From a virus (taxonomy: Duplodnaviria; Caudoviricetes), in the IMG/VR virus record IMGVR_UViG_3300030102_004613, positions 1-57,366 of that record: a stretch of 57,366 nt of DNA, one strand, 5' to 3'. Shown piece after piece: positions 1-10,343 of the stretch (its first letter is position 1; the number at the start of each line of letters is the position of its first letter). The notes beneath the pieces are model-generated. The model saw only the letters and a list, made by a program, of their open reading frames with translations, was not told the DNA's origin and ran no database searches. The position numbers and the translations under genes were made by a program.

Positions 1-98
1 GGTGGCATGACTGAAAAGGCAATGAAAACCATGCTCGGAGCGCCTGCGGGACTTAAACCTGGCGCAAAAGATGCACCATCAATGATGGGTGGAGGCAT
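1..98. repeat. Terminal direct repeat (assembly overlap of a circular contig), left copy
   Basis: Bases 1-98 are identical to 57268-57365; only the final base (99 vs 57366) differs. Confidence 0.95.
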
Positions 99-117
99 GA
101 TGAAGCGCTATCGCTAA
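1..117 (+). CDS. 3' part of small Met/Gly/Lys-rich protein spanning the contig junction
   Basis: Frame 1 reads GGMTEKAMKTMLGAPAGLKPGAKDAPSMMGGGMMKRYR then TAA at 115-117; continuous with the ORF starting at 57106. Confidence 0.8.
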   Translation, partial: GGMTEKAMKTMLGAPAGLKPGAKDAPSMMGGGMMKRYR

Positions 118-120
118 AAC

Positions 121-150
121 AAAAAAGGGGGCAAAATGACCCCCTTTTTC
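121..150 (+). terminator. Intrinsic terminator, possibly bidirectional
   Basis: AAAAAAGGGGG-CAAAATGA-CCCCCTTTTT hairpin with A-tract before and T-tract after, right after the stop at 117. Confidence 0.8.
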
Positions 151-222
151 TTTCCTGCTTATTACTAAGTTACACCATGTCTGATGTGTCAACTCACTGA
201 CACAAACGTAATTAATATGTAT

Positions 223-230
223 TAATTTTG
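223..230 (+). promoter_or_regulatory. Bacteroidota primary-sigma -7 box for head operon
   Basis: TAATTTTG matches TAnnTTTG, 24 nt before ATG 255. Confidence 0.7.
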
Positions 231-254
231 CAACAGAAGTTAAATTAAATTTTT

Positions 255-1409
255 ATGAGTAAAGTTGAAAACCAAATGGAACAAGCCATTCAGGACGCAG
301 GATTTAGCATTTCAGATGCACCTCCAACTGAAGCGGCACAACCACAAGAAGCGCAAGTGGCGCCTGCAGAAAATGCACCCACTGAAAATGTACAGCCTGC
401 TGAACAGTCTGTACAAGAAAGTGTACAACCAGATGTGCAAGAGAACGTACAGGAATCCGTACAGGAATCCGTACAGGAGCCAGTGCAAGAACCTGTACAG
501 GAAGTACAAGAAACAGAACCCGCTACAGAAAGCGAAAGTTCTTTGACAGAAGAAAGTAAAGAAGGTCTCAATAATTTCTTTGAAACCCTGTTAAGCGAAA
601 CGCCCACAACAGAGACATCAGAGACTAATGAGACTGATTTAATAGCATCTGATCTTGATCCAAGGATTCAAGTTATTGCTGACTTCGTTCAAAAAACGGG
701 ACGTTCACCAGAAGATTGGTTCCGCTATCAGTCATTAGACCCATCCGAAATGGATGATCGTACTGTGATGCGTGTGCAAATGGCAAGTGAATATCCGTCT
801 TTAGGCAACGACGAGATTGAACTTCTTATGAATTCGAAGTACAAGACCGACGACAACGTCTACAGCGAAGAAGAAGTAAGACTTTCGAATCTACAGTTGA
901 AGATCGATGCACAGAAGGCCAGGGAAAGTATTGGTTCTCTTCGTGAAGAGTATCAGACACCTATGTCTTCTAATACTGCAGAACCTATGGATGATCCATT
1001 CGATCAAACTTGGTTGCGCTCAAACTTTGAATCTCTGACGGGATTAGGAGAAATTTCCTTTGACCTACCTGGAGATCGTGAGTTTAACTTCGGCGTACCT
1101 CAAGATTATCGTAACGGATTAGCCAAGGAGAACAGTAATATGACTTCGTTCTTTGATAAGTATGTGGATGAGGGAGGATCTTGGGATCATGACTTGTGGA
1201 ATATGCACCGCACTGTTGTAGACAACTTGCCAAATATTCTAAATAGTATTTACTCACAAGGTCTAAGCGATGGACAGCGTGCAATCGTTGAGAAAGCCGC
1301 TAACATCGATGCATCATCACCACAAACTAACGCAGAACAAAGTCCGCAGGACTCGCTAACACAACAAGTACTTGATGCGTTAGGACGTCCGCAAATGTTT
1401 TTAAAATAA
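255..1409 (+). CDS. Putative capsid scaffolding/assembly protein
   Basis: 384 aa, acidic, low-complexity N-terminus, helical core; immediately upstream of the capsid gene. Confidence 0.6.
   Translation: MSKVENQMEQAIQDAGFSISDAPPTEAAQPQEAQVAPAENAPTENVQPAEQSVQESVQPDVQENVQESVQESVQEPVQEPVQEVQETEPATESESSLTEESKEGLNNFFETLLSETPTTETSETNETDLIASDLDPRIQVIADFVQKTGRSPEDWFRYQSLDPSEMDDRTVMRVQMASEYPSLGNDEIELLMNSKYKTDDNVYSEEEVRLSNLQLKIDAQKARESIGSLREEYQTPMSSNTAEPMDDPFDQTWLRSNFESLTGLGEISFDLPGDREFNFGVPQDYRNGLAKENSNMTSFFDKYVDEGGSWDHDLWNMHRTVVDNLPNILNSIYSQGLSDGQRAIVEKAANIDASSPQTNAEQSPQDSLTQQVLDALGRPQMFLK
409..512 (+). repeat. Imperfect 12-bp coding tandem repeat (QESV/QEPV)
   Basis: Units such as GTACAGGAATCC repeated in register inside ORF 255..1409. 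Confidence 0.8.
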
Positions 1410-1429
1410 CGCTATAAAAAAATTTAACT

Positions 1430-2812
1430 ATGGCAACTTCTTCTGCACCTCCGGTGTATAATGACAGCAAGGATGCGGTATTCCGCAGACTCGACCCGAC
1501 GAAATATACTTCGTTAGCGGATTTTATTGATGAAATTAACAAGCCTGACAATCGTGATCAACTTGTTAAGACTTACGGCTATCAGCAAATCTCTGGTGGC
1601 TTAACGGGGTTCCTAAGCCTTACAGGCGCCGTACGCGCAAGCGGTACCGCCGATGAGGTTCAATACTGGGAAGAAACTCGTTTGCACGCTTTTGCAAAAG
1701 TAACATTGGCAGCAACAGCAGCAACTACTGCTACTACGCTAACGTTGACTAAAGCAACAAGTGACGCTTCTGTATTGCGTTTGAACGACGTAGTACTATG
1801 GAATGGTAATGTCCGTGGTATTGTAACTGCAATCTCTCCAACTGGAGAAGTTGCTCACAACGCCACAGCGTCTTACACTGTTGAAATTATCAATGGCAAC
1901 ATTGGCGCTACTGCAGCAACTGGTGTCTACAACCTTCCAGTGATTGGTAACTTGTTTGCTCAAGGATCTGATCAAAACACTGGTTACTTAGAATCAAACG
2001 TAATCAAGCGTACTAATGCTTACAGCATCATCAAAGAAGTATTCAAGGTTACAGGTTCTCAAGCAACTAACGTTGGTTGGGTTAATGTAGGTAACGGTGA
2101 CTACCGTTGGTATGTGAAAGGCGAGATGGATACTCGTGCTCGTTTCTTAGACAAGCGTGAGATGATGTTATTGTTAGGTCAAACTATCGGAAACGGTATC
2201 ACGACTACAAACATCGGTGGTCTACCAACAGCGGGTGAGGGTTACTTCGCTGCTATTGAAAACCGTGGTATCGTACAGTCTGGTCAAATCGACAACTTCA
2301 CTGAAATGGACATCTTAATCGAGGAACTCGACAAGCAAGGTGCTGCTCCAGAATACGCAATGTATGTGAACACTTCTCAAGCATTAGCAATTGACGACAT
2401 GGTTGCGTCATTGAATGGTGCTGCAGGTTTTGGTAACACAACTTCTGGTATCAGCGCGTTTGGCGGTCGTGGTTCTGAACTCGGCTTTGATTCATTCAAG
2501 CGTGGTGGCTACACATTCCACAAGCACTCTTGGAAACTTTTGAACGACCCAACATTGTTGGCAGGTTCTAAGTACTTGGGTGCAATGATTCCGTTGACTA
2601 CTGTAGTAGATCCTAAGACTGGCACACGTGCTGCTGCTTTGGAATTGAACTACAAAGACACTAACGGATACTCTCGTGAAATGGAGCACTGGATGACAGG
2701 TTCTATCTTAGGTGTGAATAACAGCAACGAAGATAACCTACAGTTCAACTACCGTTCTGAGTGTGCATTGGTAACTCGCGCAGCGAACCAACACATCCTT
2801 ATCAAAGACTAA
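1430..2812 (+). CDS. Major capsid protein (crAss-like/Flavobacteriia podovirus type)
   Basis: 460 aa; YWEETRLH, GEGYFAAIENRG and C-terminal FNYRSECALVTRAANQ resemble this capsid family; strongly biased codons; followed by a terminator. Confidence 0.85.
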   Translation: MATSSAPPVYNDSKDAVFRRLDPTKYTSLADFIDEINKPDNRDQLVKTYGYQQISGGLTGFLSLTGAVRASGTADEVQYWEETRLHAFAKVTLAATAATTATTLTLTKATSDASVLRLNDVVLWNGNVRGIVTAISPTGEVAHNATASYTVEIINGNIGATAATGVYNLPVIGNLFAQGSDQNTGYLESNVIKRTNAYSIIKEVFKVTGSQATNVGWVNVGNGDYRWYVKGEMDTRARFLDKREMMLLLGQTIGNGITTTNIGGLPTAGEGYFAAIENRGIVQSGQIDNFTEMDILIEELDKQGAAPEYAMYVNTSQALAIDDMVASLNGAAGFGNTTSGISAFGGRGSELGFDSFKRGGYTFHKHSWKLLNDPTLLAGSKYLGAMIPLTTVVDPKTGTRAAALELNYKDTNGYSREMEHWMTGSILGVNNSNEDNLQFNYRSECALVTRAANQHILIKD

Positions 2813-2826
2813 GGATATTAATAACC

Positions 2827-2856
2827 GGAGGGGGGCGTTGCCCCTCTCCTTTTTTT
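2827..2856 (+). terminator. Intrinsic terminator after capsid gene
   Basis: GGAGGGGGG-CGTTG-CCCCTCTCC followed by T7. Confidence 0.85.
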
Positions 2857-2876
2857 AATTATTTAATTTTATTCAA

Positions 2877-3677
2877 ATGGCAACACAAGCAAAGGCTGCA
2901 TCTGCAGCAAAGAAAAAGCCTGCACCTAAAAAAGGGTACAGCGTCATCAAAAAAGAAAATACCGGTCCTTCTCAAAAAATATATGAAGTTCCACAGGGCG
3001 GGGGTATTGTATTCAAACTAAAATCAGAAACAACAGTATTTGATCCGGAAACGAATCAAGTTCGTGCTATTCGTTACTGTCCAGGAGAACCAAGTATTTT
3101 TAAGGACGAGCAAAGCAATAATGCTCGCAGATCACATGTAATATTTCGTGATGGATTACTTGCTGTTCCTCACAGTCAGCCCAACCTTGCAAATTTTTTA
3201 GATAGTCATCCAGAAAATACAGCAAATGGAGGCTATAAGTTTCGATTAGTAGATACAAGTCGTGACTCAGAACAGGTTGTATCAGATGAGTTCTTGACTC
3301 ACGATGCAGTCAGTTTGGTACGAGAGAAAGGAAGTGATGAGGTTCTCTCTGTCGCGTTGGCATTAGGCATCAACATCGAACAAAAAATGATTGAAATCCG
3401 TAGAGAATTGTTGCGCGAAGCAAAGGCAAATCCTGCATCATTCATTAAGATGTTTGATGATCCAAGAGTCAAAACTCGATCTGCTGTAATTCAGGCTAAT
3501 GATTTTCAAATTATTTCCTGCAAATCAGACGGTATATATTGGTTTGACAGCGGGCGTTTAATTATTAGTGTCCCTGCAGGTCAAGATCCAGTGGATATTA
3601 TGGTGCGTTTTTGTCTAACAGAAAAAGGCGCAACAGTTTTTGAAGAGTTAGTTTCAAGATTAGAAAAACTTTCGTAA
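2877..3677 (+). CDS. Conserved capsid-adjacent protein
   Basis: 266 aa; RAIRYCPGEPSIF and IFRDGLLAVP motifs resemble the gene typically following the capsid gene in crAss-like phages. Confidence 0.6.
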   Translation: MATQAKAASAAKKKPAPKKGYSVIKKENTGPSQKIYEVPQGGGIVFKLKSETTVFDPETNQVRAIRYCPGEPSIFKDEQSNNARRSHVIFRDGLLAVPHSQPNLANFLDSHPENTANGGYKFRLVDTSRDSEQVVSDEFLTHDAVSLVREKGSDEVLSVALALGINIEQKMIEIRRELLREAKANPASFIKMFDDPRVKTRSAVIQANDFQIISCKSDGIYWFDSGRLIISVPAGQDPVDIMVRFCLTEKGATVFEELVSRLEKLS

Positions 3678-3725
3678 CTTAAATGAGTTCATGATAGATC
3701 GTGTTTTGTAATACGAGTGTTAAGC

Positions 3726-3758
3726 GAGGGGGGCCCAGTCAGGACCCCCCTCTTTTTT
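3726..3758 (+). terminator. Intrinsic terminator
   Basis: GAGGGGGG...CCCCCCTC stem followed by T6. Confidence 0.85.
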
Positions 3759-3763
3759 ATTCG

Positions 3764-3771
3764 TATATTTG
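3764..3771 (+). promoter_or_regulatory. Bacteroidota -7 box for tail operon
   Basis: TATATTTG 20 nt before ATG 3792. Confidence 0.7.
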
Positions 3772-3791
3772 CTATCAAAGCCAACACAACT

Positions 3792-4544
3792 ATGGCAAGT
3801 GTAGAAAGAGTATTTAAAGCAGTAAAAGATATAGCGAATAAAGACCAACGTGGATTTATCACGCCGGCAATATTCAATCAGTTTGCAGGAGTAGCACAAA
3901 TGAATGTTTTTAATCGTCTCTTTGAAGAGATGACTACGGGCAACAGACTACGTCGCGCAGCAATTGACGGACCACGACAGTTTGCTCGTGCTAAACAAAT
4001 AGAGGAAGACTTGGGAACTTTTAAAAAGAAGTCTGAACTTACTCTGACGTCAGGCGCTGTAGCAAAGCCCTCTGATTTCGCACATGCTATTTCTATATCT
4101 ACAATTGGTAAAAAAATATTAGGTGTAGAGAAACAAGCATTGGTACAAATGGTATACAATGAAGATCACATTGACAGAATACTCAACAGCGATCTTTCAG
4201 CACCATCAGATGATGCCCCAGTTGCATTGATAGCGAACGAAATAGAAATATTTCCAAACGTAAACACAAGCATCAGTAAGATTAACTTGAGATACTACAA
4301 GTTGCCACAAGGTATTTTGCCAACTACATCTGCAAAAACTTCTGCAGCACCCAAGTTTGGTTATACATCATCGGTGGCGGGGGTAGAAATATTCAGTGCA
4401 GCAAATAGTGTTGACTTTGAGTTACCAGAGCAATACTTTGCTGAACTGGTAAATGAGATACTCGTATTAACAGGGGTGAACCTTCGCGACGCGGATGTAT
4501 ATAATTACTCAAACGCTGAGGTAACCAAACAAGACAATAACTAA
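3792..4544 (+). CDS. Tail ring/tubular (head-tail adaptor) protein
   Basis: Start moved to ATG 3792 because the track start overlaps the terminator; MASVERVFKAVKDIANKDQRGFITPAIFNQFA and DFELPEQ resemble ring proteins of this phage group. Confidence 0.65.
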   Translation: MASVERVFKAVKDIANKDQRGFITPAIFNQFAGVAQMNVFNRLFEEMTTGNRLRRAAIDGPRQFARAKQIEEDLGTFKKKSELTLTSGAVAKPSDFAHAISISTIGKKILGVEKQALVQMVYNEDHIDRILNSDLSAPSDDAPVALIANEIEIFPNVNTSISKINLRYYKLPQGILPTTSAKTSAAPKFGYTSSVAGVEIFSAANSVDFELPEQYFAELVNEILVLTGVNLRDADVYNYSNAEVTKQDNN

Positions 4545-5287
4545 TGAGTCAAGCATACGTTACAGTAGATAAGATTATCAACGACTACATCATGAGCATT
4601 GATGCAGATGATTTTGGATCAAACGCATCAGACTACATGTTGCGTCAGTATGCTCTTAGAGGCATACGTGAGTTTGGTTTCGACATGGCTCACAATATTA
4701 AGACTACAACCCTGGATGTAAATCAAACATTGGGCACAGTAGAACTTCCTGCTGACTTTGTAGATATGGTAAAGATAGGTCAGTTAGGTTCTGATGGACT
4801 GGTTTACGTTTTTGCAGAAAACAAAAACATGAACCTTTTGCCTGATCAACCTGCTGAGTCTATGCCTGATTATCTGTTAGGTTTTGATTCTTATGTATTT
4901 AGAAACTTTATATATGAATCTACCGTGGGTCGTCTATACGGCATGGGCGGAGGACAAGGTGCCGGTGAATACAGAATTAACTGGGCAGAAAACCGTATTG
5001 AAATTTCTCTCCTTTCAGACACAACTAAAATAGTGTTAGAATACATTTCAGACGCAGCAAAGTGCGATAACCCATGTGTACCCGTGTATGCAGAGGAAGC
5101 CTTGCGCGCATACATATACCATAAAGTAATACAGCGTAAAGCAAGCGTGCCTCTTGGTGAAAAAGCAAGAGCAAGATCAGAATACTATAACGAAAGAAGA
5201 TTGGCTAATGCCAGATTGAAATCGTTTAACAAGTTTGACGCTCTTAGCACAAGTCGTAGAAATTTCAAACTAAGCCCTAAAGCATAG
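4544..5287 (+). CDS. Tail ring/tubular protein
   Basis: 247 aa; LPADFVDMVKIG, IVLEYISD and AEEALRAYIY motifs; translationally coupled to the previous gene. Confidence 0.65.
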   Translation: MSQAYVTVDKIINDYIMSIDADDFGSNASDYMLRQYALRGIREFGFDMAHNIKTTTLDVNQTLGTVELPADFVDMVKIGQLGSDGLVYVFAENKNMNLLPDQPAESMPDYLLGFDSYVFRNFIYESTVGRLYGMGGGQGAGEYRINWAENRIEISLLSDTTKIVLEYISDAAKCDNPCVPVYAEEALRAYIYHKVIQRKASVPLGEKARARSEYYNERRLANARLKSFNKFDALSTSRRNFKLSPKA

Positions 5288-5290
5288 CGC

Positions 5291-8200
5291 ATGCCTTCGA
5301 TTGATAAACTATTACCTCGCTCCCTTAACCAAGACGATGATGAGCGCTTGGTAAGCCGCACCGAGATGACAGACGCACAAAACATTCGTGTGTCTATTGA
5401 CGCGGATCAGGATGCTCTTGTCCTTAAAAACTCTTGGGGAAACACTCAGCGATCTTCAAGTATTGAAAATGGATCAATGCCTTCTGGCACTAATATTTGT
5501 ATTGGTGGAGTAGGTGACGATTCTGCAGCCCAAGTGTATTACTTTGTTTGGAACAGCGCAAAGAACCATACGATATTTAGATACGATCAGAATGCAAAAA
5601 AAACATATATAGTTTATCAAGACAGTGTTTTAAACTTTTCGAAAGAAGGTTTTGTATACGCTTCGATAGTACGCTTATCAAATAATGATATACTTCTGTA
5701 TTTTAATGATAGTGTAAATGAGCCAAAAAAACTCAATGCTACTAAAGCAGAACAAAGTATATCTGGCGCAGGAGGATATGAGAATACATTTAGATTAGGC
5801 ACAGTACAACAGCGCACTAATTATATAACAGTTGCAAAACAACCGCCGCTGTCTCCGCCTACTATAACATTCTCAAACAACGATGCTTATCCGCAAAACG
5901 ATATCTTCGAAAAAAACTTTCAGTTCGCGTATCAATATGAATACGAAGATGGCGAACAGAGCGCATTGAGCCCTTATTCTGAACTTAGTATTTCAATCAG
6001 CCAACTTAAAGATGGATTTATTAATGCAGGTGCGAGAAATTTTTACAATCAAATAAATATCAAGGTCAATAATTCTGAACTTGATGTACTTAACATAAAT
6101 ATTTACGGAAGAATTGGAGATAAAGATGCTTCTTTCTTTTTGATAGAATCTGTACCTAATGTGCACGGATCAGGTACTCAAACAATACCTTTTAGAAATG
6201 ACTCTAATTACATTGGTCTTTCTGCTTTGGTTCAAGATAAGTTATATGACAATGTGCCTCAAAAAGCAGACAGTCAAGCAGTATCTCAAGGCCGATTGTT
6301 TTATGGAGGATATACCGAGAATTATGACAACCACAGCGTTGATGTAGAGGCTTTGCCTAATTACTACAAGAAACCAAATACTTTTGAAGTTGCTATTACT
6401 AAGTATGATCTATTTGATAATCAGATAAAGGTTGACTTTAGTGCTATTCCATCAGCAGGCGCAACAGTGGATTCAAAAATACTACTGTCCTTTTCCTGGA
6501 ATGACGGTCCTGTAGTTATCAAAAACAATCAAGGCGGTAATGATCAATACAATTTTACAGGAATCAGTCCAAACATCAAAGTATACGAAAATGAAAACGA
6601 CGGCACTGCTAAGTACTCGTCTGCTTCTAATTTTCCGAGAGCATTAAAGGCGCTGTCGGGTATTCGTTATTTGAATAACGGCTCACAGAACCAGGCTGCT
6701 ATAAACTTAGATGGAGGATTCTTAAACAGTCCACCCACCATTCGTTTTACAGCGCAGAAAGGTACTTCTGACTCTACAACCAAAGAGGTTGCTATTCGTC
6801 GCATCAGTGGAGGCATCAAAGTAATCAGTAGCGGAGTACAGGTAAGAAAGATAATTGATATCCCTAAAGGGACTTCTCGATTTGAAATAAAAGATATTGT
6901 TCGTAATGCGATCGTGGGGCTGTATCCTATTCAGTTTACTCCTCAAAACGGAGAGATAGGATTCAGTAACATTCGAACTGGCGGGCAAACATCAGCGACA
7001 GAAAGTGCGGCGTTTAAAGGAGAGGGTAGCGCAAGAATAAGGAGGAGAATAAGAGGCACCGGGACTTTTGATTATTACGAAATCGTCATAAATAAGGTCA
7101 CCTTCAAGGTCGACAAACTTGTATTTGGCACAAGAGAAGCACAGTTGTTAAATCCAAACGATACTGTTGCACAGTTTGATATCTTGGAAAAAGAGATCAA
7201 TGGGTATACAAATAACATTGCCTTTGTAGGACGCGTTCAAAATGCAGAAGGTGATTGGGTGCAAGTCAATGACAAACAAAATAAAAGATCTCCGATTATA
7301 GATCGTGTTAATTCTTTTGTTACACAAGGTGGATCATTTATGATTGCTAACGGAGACATGGATGGAAACAGATGTTTTAAATCTGGATCTACCCATCAGT
7401 TTGGTTTAATCTACTATGACGACAAGGGTAGACCTTCGGGCGTTCAGCCTATAGAGCAAGATGTTTTTGTGCGTCACACAAATGATAGAAACGCATCAAA
7501 CGATAACCCATTCACAAATGATGTAACAAATGGCTTAGATGGTCGTGGTGATGTAGTATTAAGAATAAAAGGAAATGCACCTACTTGGGCCGAAAGATAC
7601 AGCGTAATGTATGCAGGCCAGGGTTCTATTGTAAACAAGGTGCAATACTCTATAGGTGGTGCATACGTAGCATTGAGTGATGATGTCGCCGGATCTTTTG
7701 GAGCATCTAAAAACATATACCTTTCTTTAGGAACACTTCAAAGTAGAAGCAACTCTTATGACAATCAACTTGGCGCCCTAATCAATTATGGGTTTGCTGA
7801 AGGCGATAGAGTAAGAATTGTAAGATATGGAAACGATGAAAAAGAAACAGCCACCTGGAAAGTGTCCAAGGTGGTTACACTTCTTAATGACGTTTCTACA
7901 AACCCGCTTCTTGATCGTAGTTCTAAGGCATCAATACAAAATACCACTGGCGATTTCTTAGTGATTGAGGACAACAACACAGCGTTCTTTAATACCAATA
8001 GTATATTAAAAGGTATTTCTCGTTGGAATGAAAAGTGTGTGATTGAAATATTCCGTGAGTCAGGTGCTTTTGAAGAGACTTTCTACTATGAGATTGGCGC
8101 AAACCTATCTGTAGACTCTAACCACGTTCATGAAACGCAAAGATCGGGTACTACGGTTGCAGCGCGTATTAGTTCCCAAACTGGCAGCACTGTAATTGCA

Positions 8201-10324
8201 GAATCTACAATCAAAGTATATAAAGGAGATATTATAAAAACAACAGGAGGTGAAACCATTAGGGTTGGAAATGTGATTCCAAACGATGATGATGATTACC
8301 CGTTCTTGTTCTACGGCCACACTCCAGATACCTGGACGCCAACGAGTATATACGTTCTTACAGTAACTAATCCACACTCTATTGTCCAGATAGATCAGGG
8401 AGACTCGTATTTTAGGTTGCGTACTCTGTTCTATGCAAGCGCCCCGACGAAGGGCGATGTGTGGAGAAACATATCTGCAGCATATTCTCAAAATGCTTTA
8501 GTAGACTTTATCGAAGATCCACGGGTCAGCGATTTCTTTGTTTCAAACTTCACCTCTCTTGGTAAGAGATATGCGTATTTACCCGATAATACAAGAACCA
8601 AACGCTATGGCTCTATAACGTACTCTGAGCCATTTAATATAGACAATACAACCCTTGGTCTGTCATCATTTAACTTAACCACTTTAAACTTTAAGGATTT
8701 TTCGTATGACTATGGATCTATTAAATCTTTGGTTCCTTACGATGAGTTCTTGTATTTAGTTCATGAACGTAGAGGGGGTATCGTCCCAGTAAAACGAAAC
8801 ATCCTAACAGCGAATGATGGGGAGTCATTGACTGCTACAGACATGATATTAGGACCAGTAAAATATTATGTAGGGGAATATGGTTGTAACAACAACCCTG
8901 AATCCGTAGCATGGTATCGGGGCTATGTATTCTTTGTAGATGCAAAAGCAGGTAAGGTTTTGAGAATGGGATTCCAAACTGGAATGGATATAATCAGCGA
9001 ACAGATGGTTGATGCGTTCTTCAAAGAGAAGATGTTCTCAAATTCTACCAGTGCAAAAAACAGAATGTATAGAGCCGGTGTAGATAGAGAAAACTATGAA
9101 TACATCATTAGTTCCCCCGCACTGTATACGAGTCAACTAACCATAACTGACTCATGTAGCGGACAAACGGCTACTGGATTTTCTCGTACAAATCAATCCG
9201 GCACAATCATTAACGTAAGTGCGGTATACGACAACTCTTTAACTTTCGATTTTAACAGCGATTCAAGACAATGGGAATGTGCTGAAGACAACTGGGAGGA
9301 CTCAGGTAAGGGTCTGTTATTGATTGATCAACTTACAAATAATCCAATCGTAGGATTGGCAGAAGATCAATCGCCAACATTTACAGGCACTCTTCAAGAC
9401 ATACCAATTCTGATGACATCATCTGCTTATCAAGCGTACCATACAGCGGTGTATAGTCAGTTGAATGAAGAAGTCACGCCTGACGCAAACGGTCAGTCGA
9501 CATTTACTATTACAAACACAGCAGAAACTCTAAACAAGTTTACGATTGCATACGATGTCAGATCTAATTACTGGAGTACAAGATATTCGTATACAGCAGA
9601 AGAAATAATAGGTCTGTCTGATAGGCTATACACCTTCTCAGGAGGGCATATCTTTGAACACGAACCTAATGCAACTCGTAACACGTTCTATGGAGTAGCG
9701 GGAGATAGTATTGTAGAGTGTATATCTAACTTTAACCCTTCTATGATTAAGGCCTATGAAGCACTGAGTCTGGAAGGCAACAATAAAGACTGGAGTGTAA
9801 CTCTAAATAATAGTGACCAAACAAGCACAATCGCCACAAGTATATGGCAAGAGAAAGAGGGTTTTTATTATGCCCCAATTCATCAGGACTCAACAAACAA
9901 TATCGATCATACTGCAACTGCCAATGTTAGTTCCATTAGCGGAACGTCTGAAGTCTTTGGACTCGGAGCAGTAGCGTCTATTGCCACAGATAAGATTACT
10001 TTTAAGAATGCTATAAACAATTCAGGTTTTCCATTAGGCAATACAACAGCGTTATTTAAGGTAGACGGTGCTAATTTAGTACCACTTACCCTATTTGCTT
10101 CTGCTATAACTGGAGAGAAAGAGTTGCAATGTAGCGGAACTGTATCTGGATTGGTAGCAGACGATGAAATTGTACTCATTGCAAACTCCTCTATTGAAGG
10201 AGATGTAATTAGGGACTATTATTTAAAAGCAAAATTCGTAAATTCTACTACGACAGCACACGAATTATATGCTATAAACTTTATATACACTAAGTCTAAC
10301 CTCCACAACCAGAGGGGACAATAG
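5291..10324 (+). CDS. Tail stabilisation/muzzle protein (P22 gp10-like)
   Basis: 1677 aa; SLNQDDDERLV..EMTDAQNIRV start, FQFAYQYEYEDGEQSALSPYS, YGCNNNPESV and NTFYG motifs; beta-rich. Confidence 0.75.
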   Translation: MPSIDKLLPRSLNQDDDERLVSRTEMTDAQNIRVSIDADQDALVLKNSWGNTQRSSSIENGSMPSGTNICIGGVGDDSAAQVYYFVWNSAKNHTIFRYDQNAKKTYIVYQDSVLNFSKEGFVYASIVRLSNNDILLYFNDSVNEPKKLNATKAEQSISGAGGYENTFRLGTVQQRTNYITVAKQPPLSPPTITFSNNDAYPQNDIFEKNFQFAYQYEYEDGEQSALSPYSELSISISQLKDGFINAGARNFYNQINIKVNNSELDVLNINIYGRIGDKDASFFLIESVPNVHGSGTQTIPFRNDSNYIGLSALVQDKLYDNVPQKADSQAVSQGRLFYGGYTENYDNHSVDVEALPNYYKKPNTFEVAITKYDLFDNQIKVDFSAIPSAGATVDSKILLSFSWNDGPVVIKNNQGGNDQYNFTGISPNIKVYENENDGTAKYSSASNFPRALKALSGIRYLNNGSQNQAAINLDGGFLNSPPTIRFTAQKGTSDSTTKEVAIRRISGGIKVISSGVQVRKIIDIPKGTSRFEIKDIVRNAIVGLYPIQFTPQNGEIGFSNIRTGGQTSATESAAFKGEGSARIRRRIRGTGTFDYYEIVINKVTFKVDKLVFGTREAQLLNPNDTVAQFDILEKEINGYTNNIAFVGRVQNAEGDWVQVNDKQNKRSPIIDRVNSFVTQGGSFMIANGDMDGNRCFKSGSTHQFGLIYYDDKGRPSGVQPIEQDVFVRHTNDRNASNDNPFTNDVTNGLDGRGDVVLRIKGNAPTWAERYSVMYAGQGSIVNKVQYSIGGAYVALSDDVAGSFGASKNIYLSLGTLQSRSNSYDNQLGALINYGFAEGDRVRIVRYGNDEKETATWKVSKVVTLLNDVSTNPLLDRSSKASIQNTTGDFLVIEDNNTAFFNTNSILKGISRWNEKCVIEIFRESGAFEETFYYEIGANLSVDSNHVHETQRSGTTVAARISSQTGSTVIAESTIKVYKGDIIKTTGGETIRVGNVIPNDDDDYPFLFYGHTPDTWTPTSIYVLTVTNPHSIVQIDQGDSYFRLRTLFYASAPTKGDVWRNISAAYSQNALVDFIEDPRVSDFFVSNFTSLGKRYAYLPDNTRTKRYGSITYSEPFNIDNTTLGLSSFNLTTLNFKDFSYDYGSIKSLVPYDEFLYLVHERRGGIVPVKRNILTANDGESLTATDMILGPVKYYVGEYGCNNNPESVAWYRGYVFFVDAKAGKVLRMGFQTGMDIISEQMVDAFFKEKMFSNSTSAKNRMYRAGVDRENYEYIISSPALYTSQLTITDSCSGQTATGFSRTNQSGTIINVSAVYDNSLTFDFNSDSRQWECAEDNWEDSGKGLLLIDQLTNNPIVGLAEDQSPTFTGTLQDIPILMTSSAYQAYHTAVYSQLNEEVTPDANGQSTFTITNTAETLNKFTIAYDVRSNYWSTRYSYTAEEIIGLSDRLYTFSGGHIFEHEPNATRNTFYGVAGDSIVECISNFNPSMIKAYEALSLEGNNKDWSVTLNNSDQTSTIATSIWQEKEGFYYAPIHQDSTNNIDHTATANVSSISGTSEVFGLGAVASIATDKITFKNAINNSGFPLGNTTALFKVDGANLVPLTLFASAITGEKELQCSGTVSGLVADDEIVLIANSSIEGDVIRDYYLKAKFVNSTTTAHELYAINFIYTKSNLHNQRGQ

Positions 10325-10331
10325 TAATGCT

Positions 10332-10339
10332 TATTTTTG
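10332..10339 (+). promoter_or_regulatory. Bacteroidota -7 box upstream of ejection-protein genes
   Basis: TATTTTTG 4 nt before ATG 10344 (possibly a leaderless transcript). Confidence 0.5.
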
Positions 10340-10343
10340 CAAT

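Noticed and set aside
409-512. Regular short repeats that might suggest a CRISPR array
   Set aside because: They are 12-bp in-frame coding repeats without spacers; no CRISPR array or cas genes were seen anywhere.
5596-5603. Other A8 runs (also near 39396, 52347, 55417) as slippage sites
   Set aside because: Shorter than the A10 site, and I noticed no accompanying downstream stem; not pursued.
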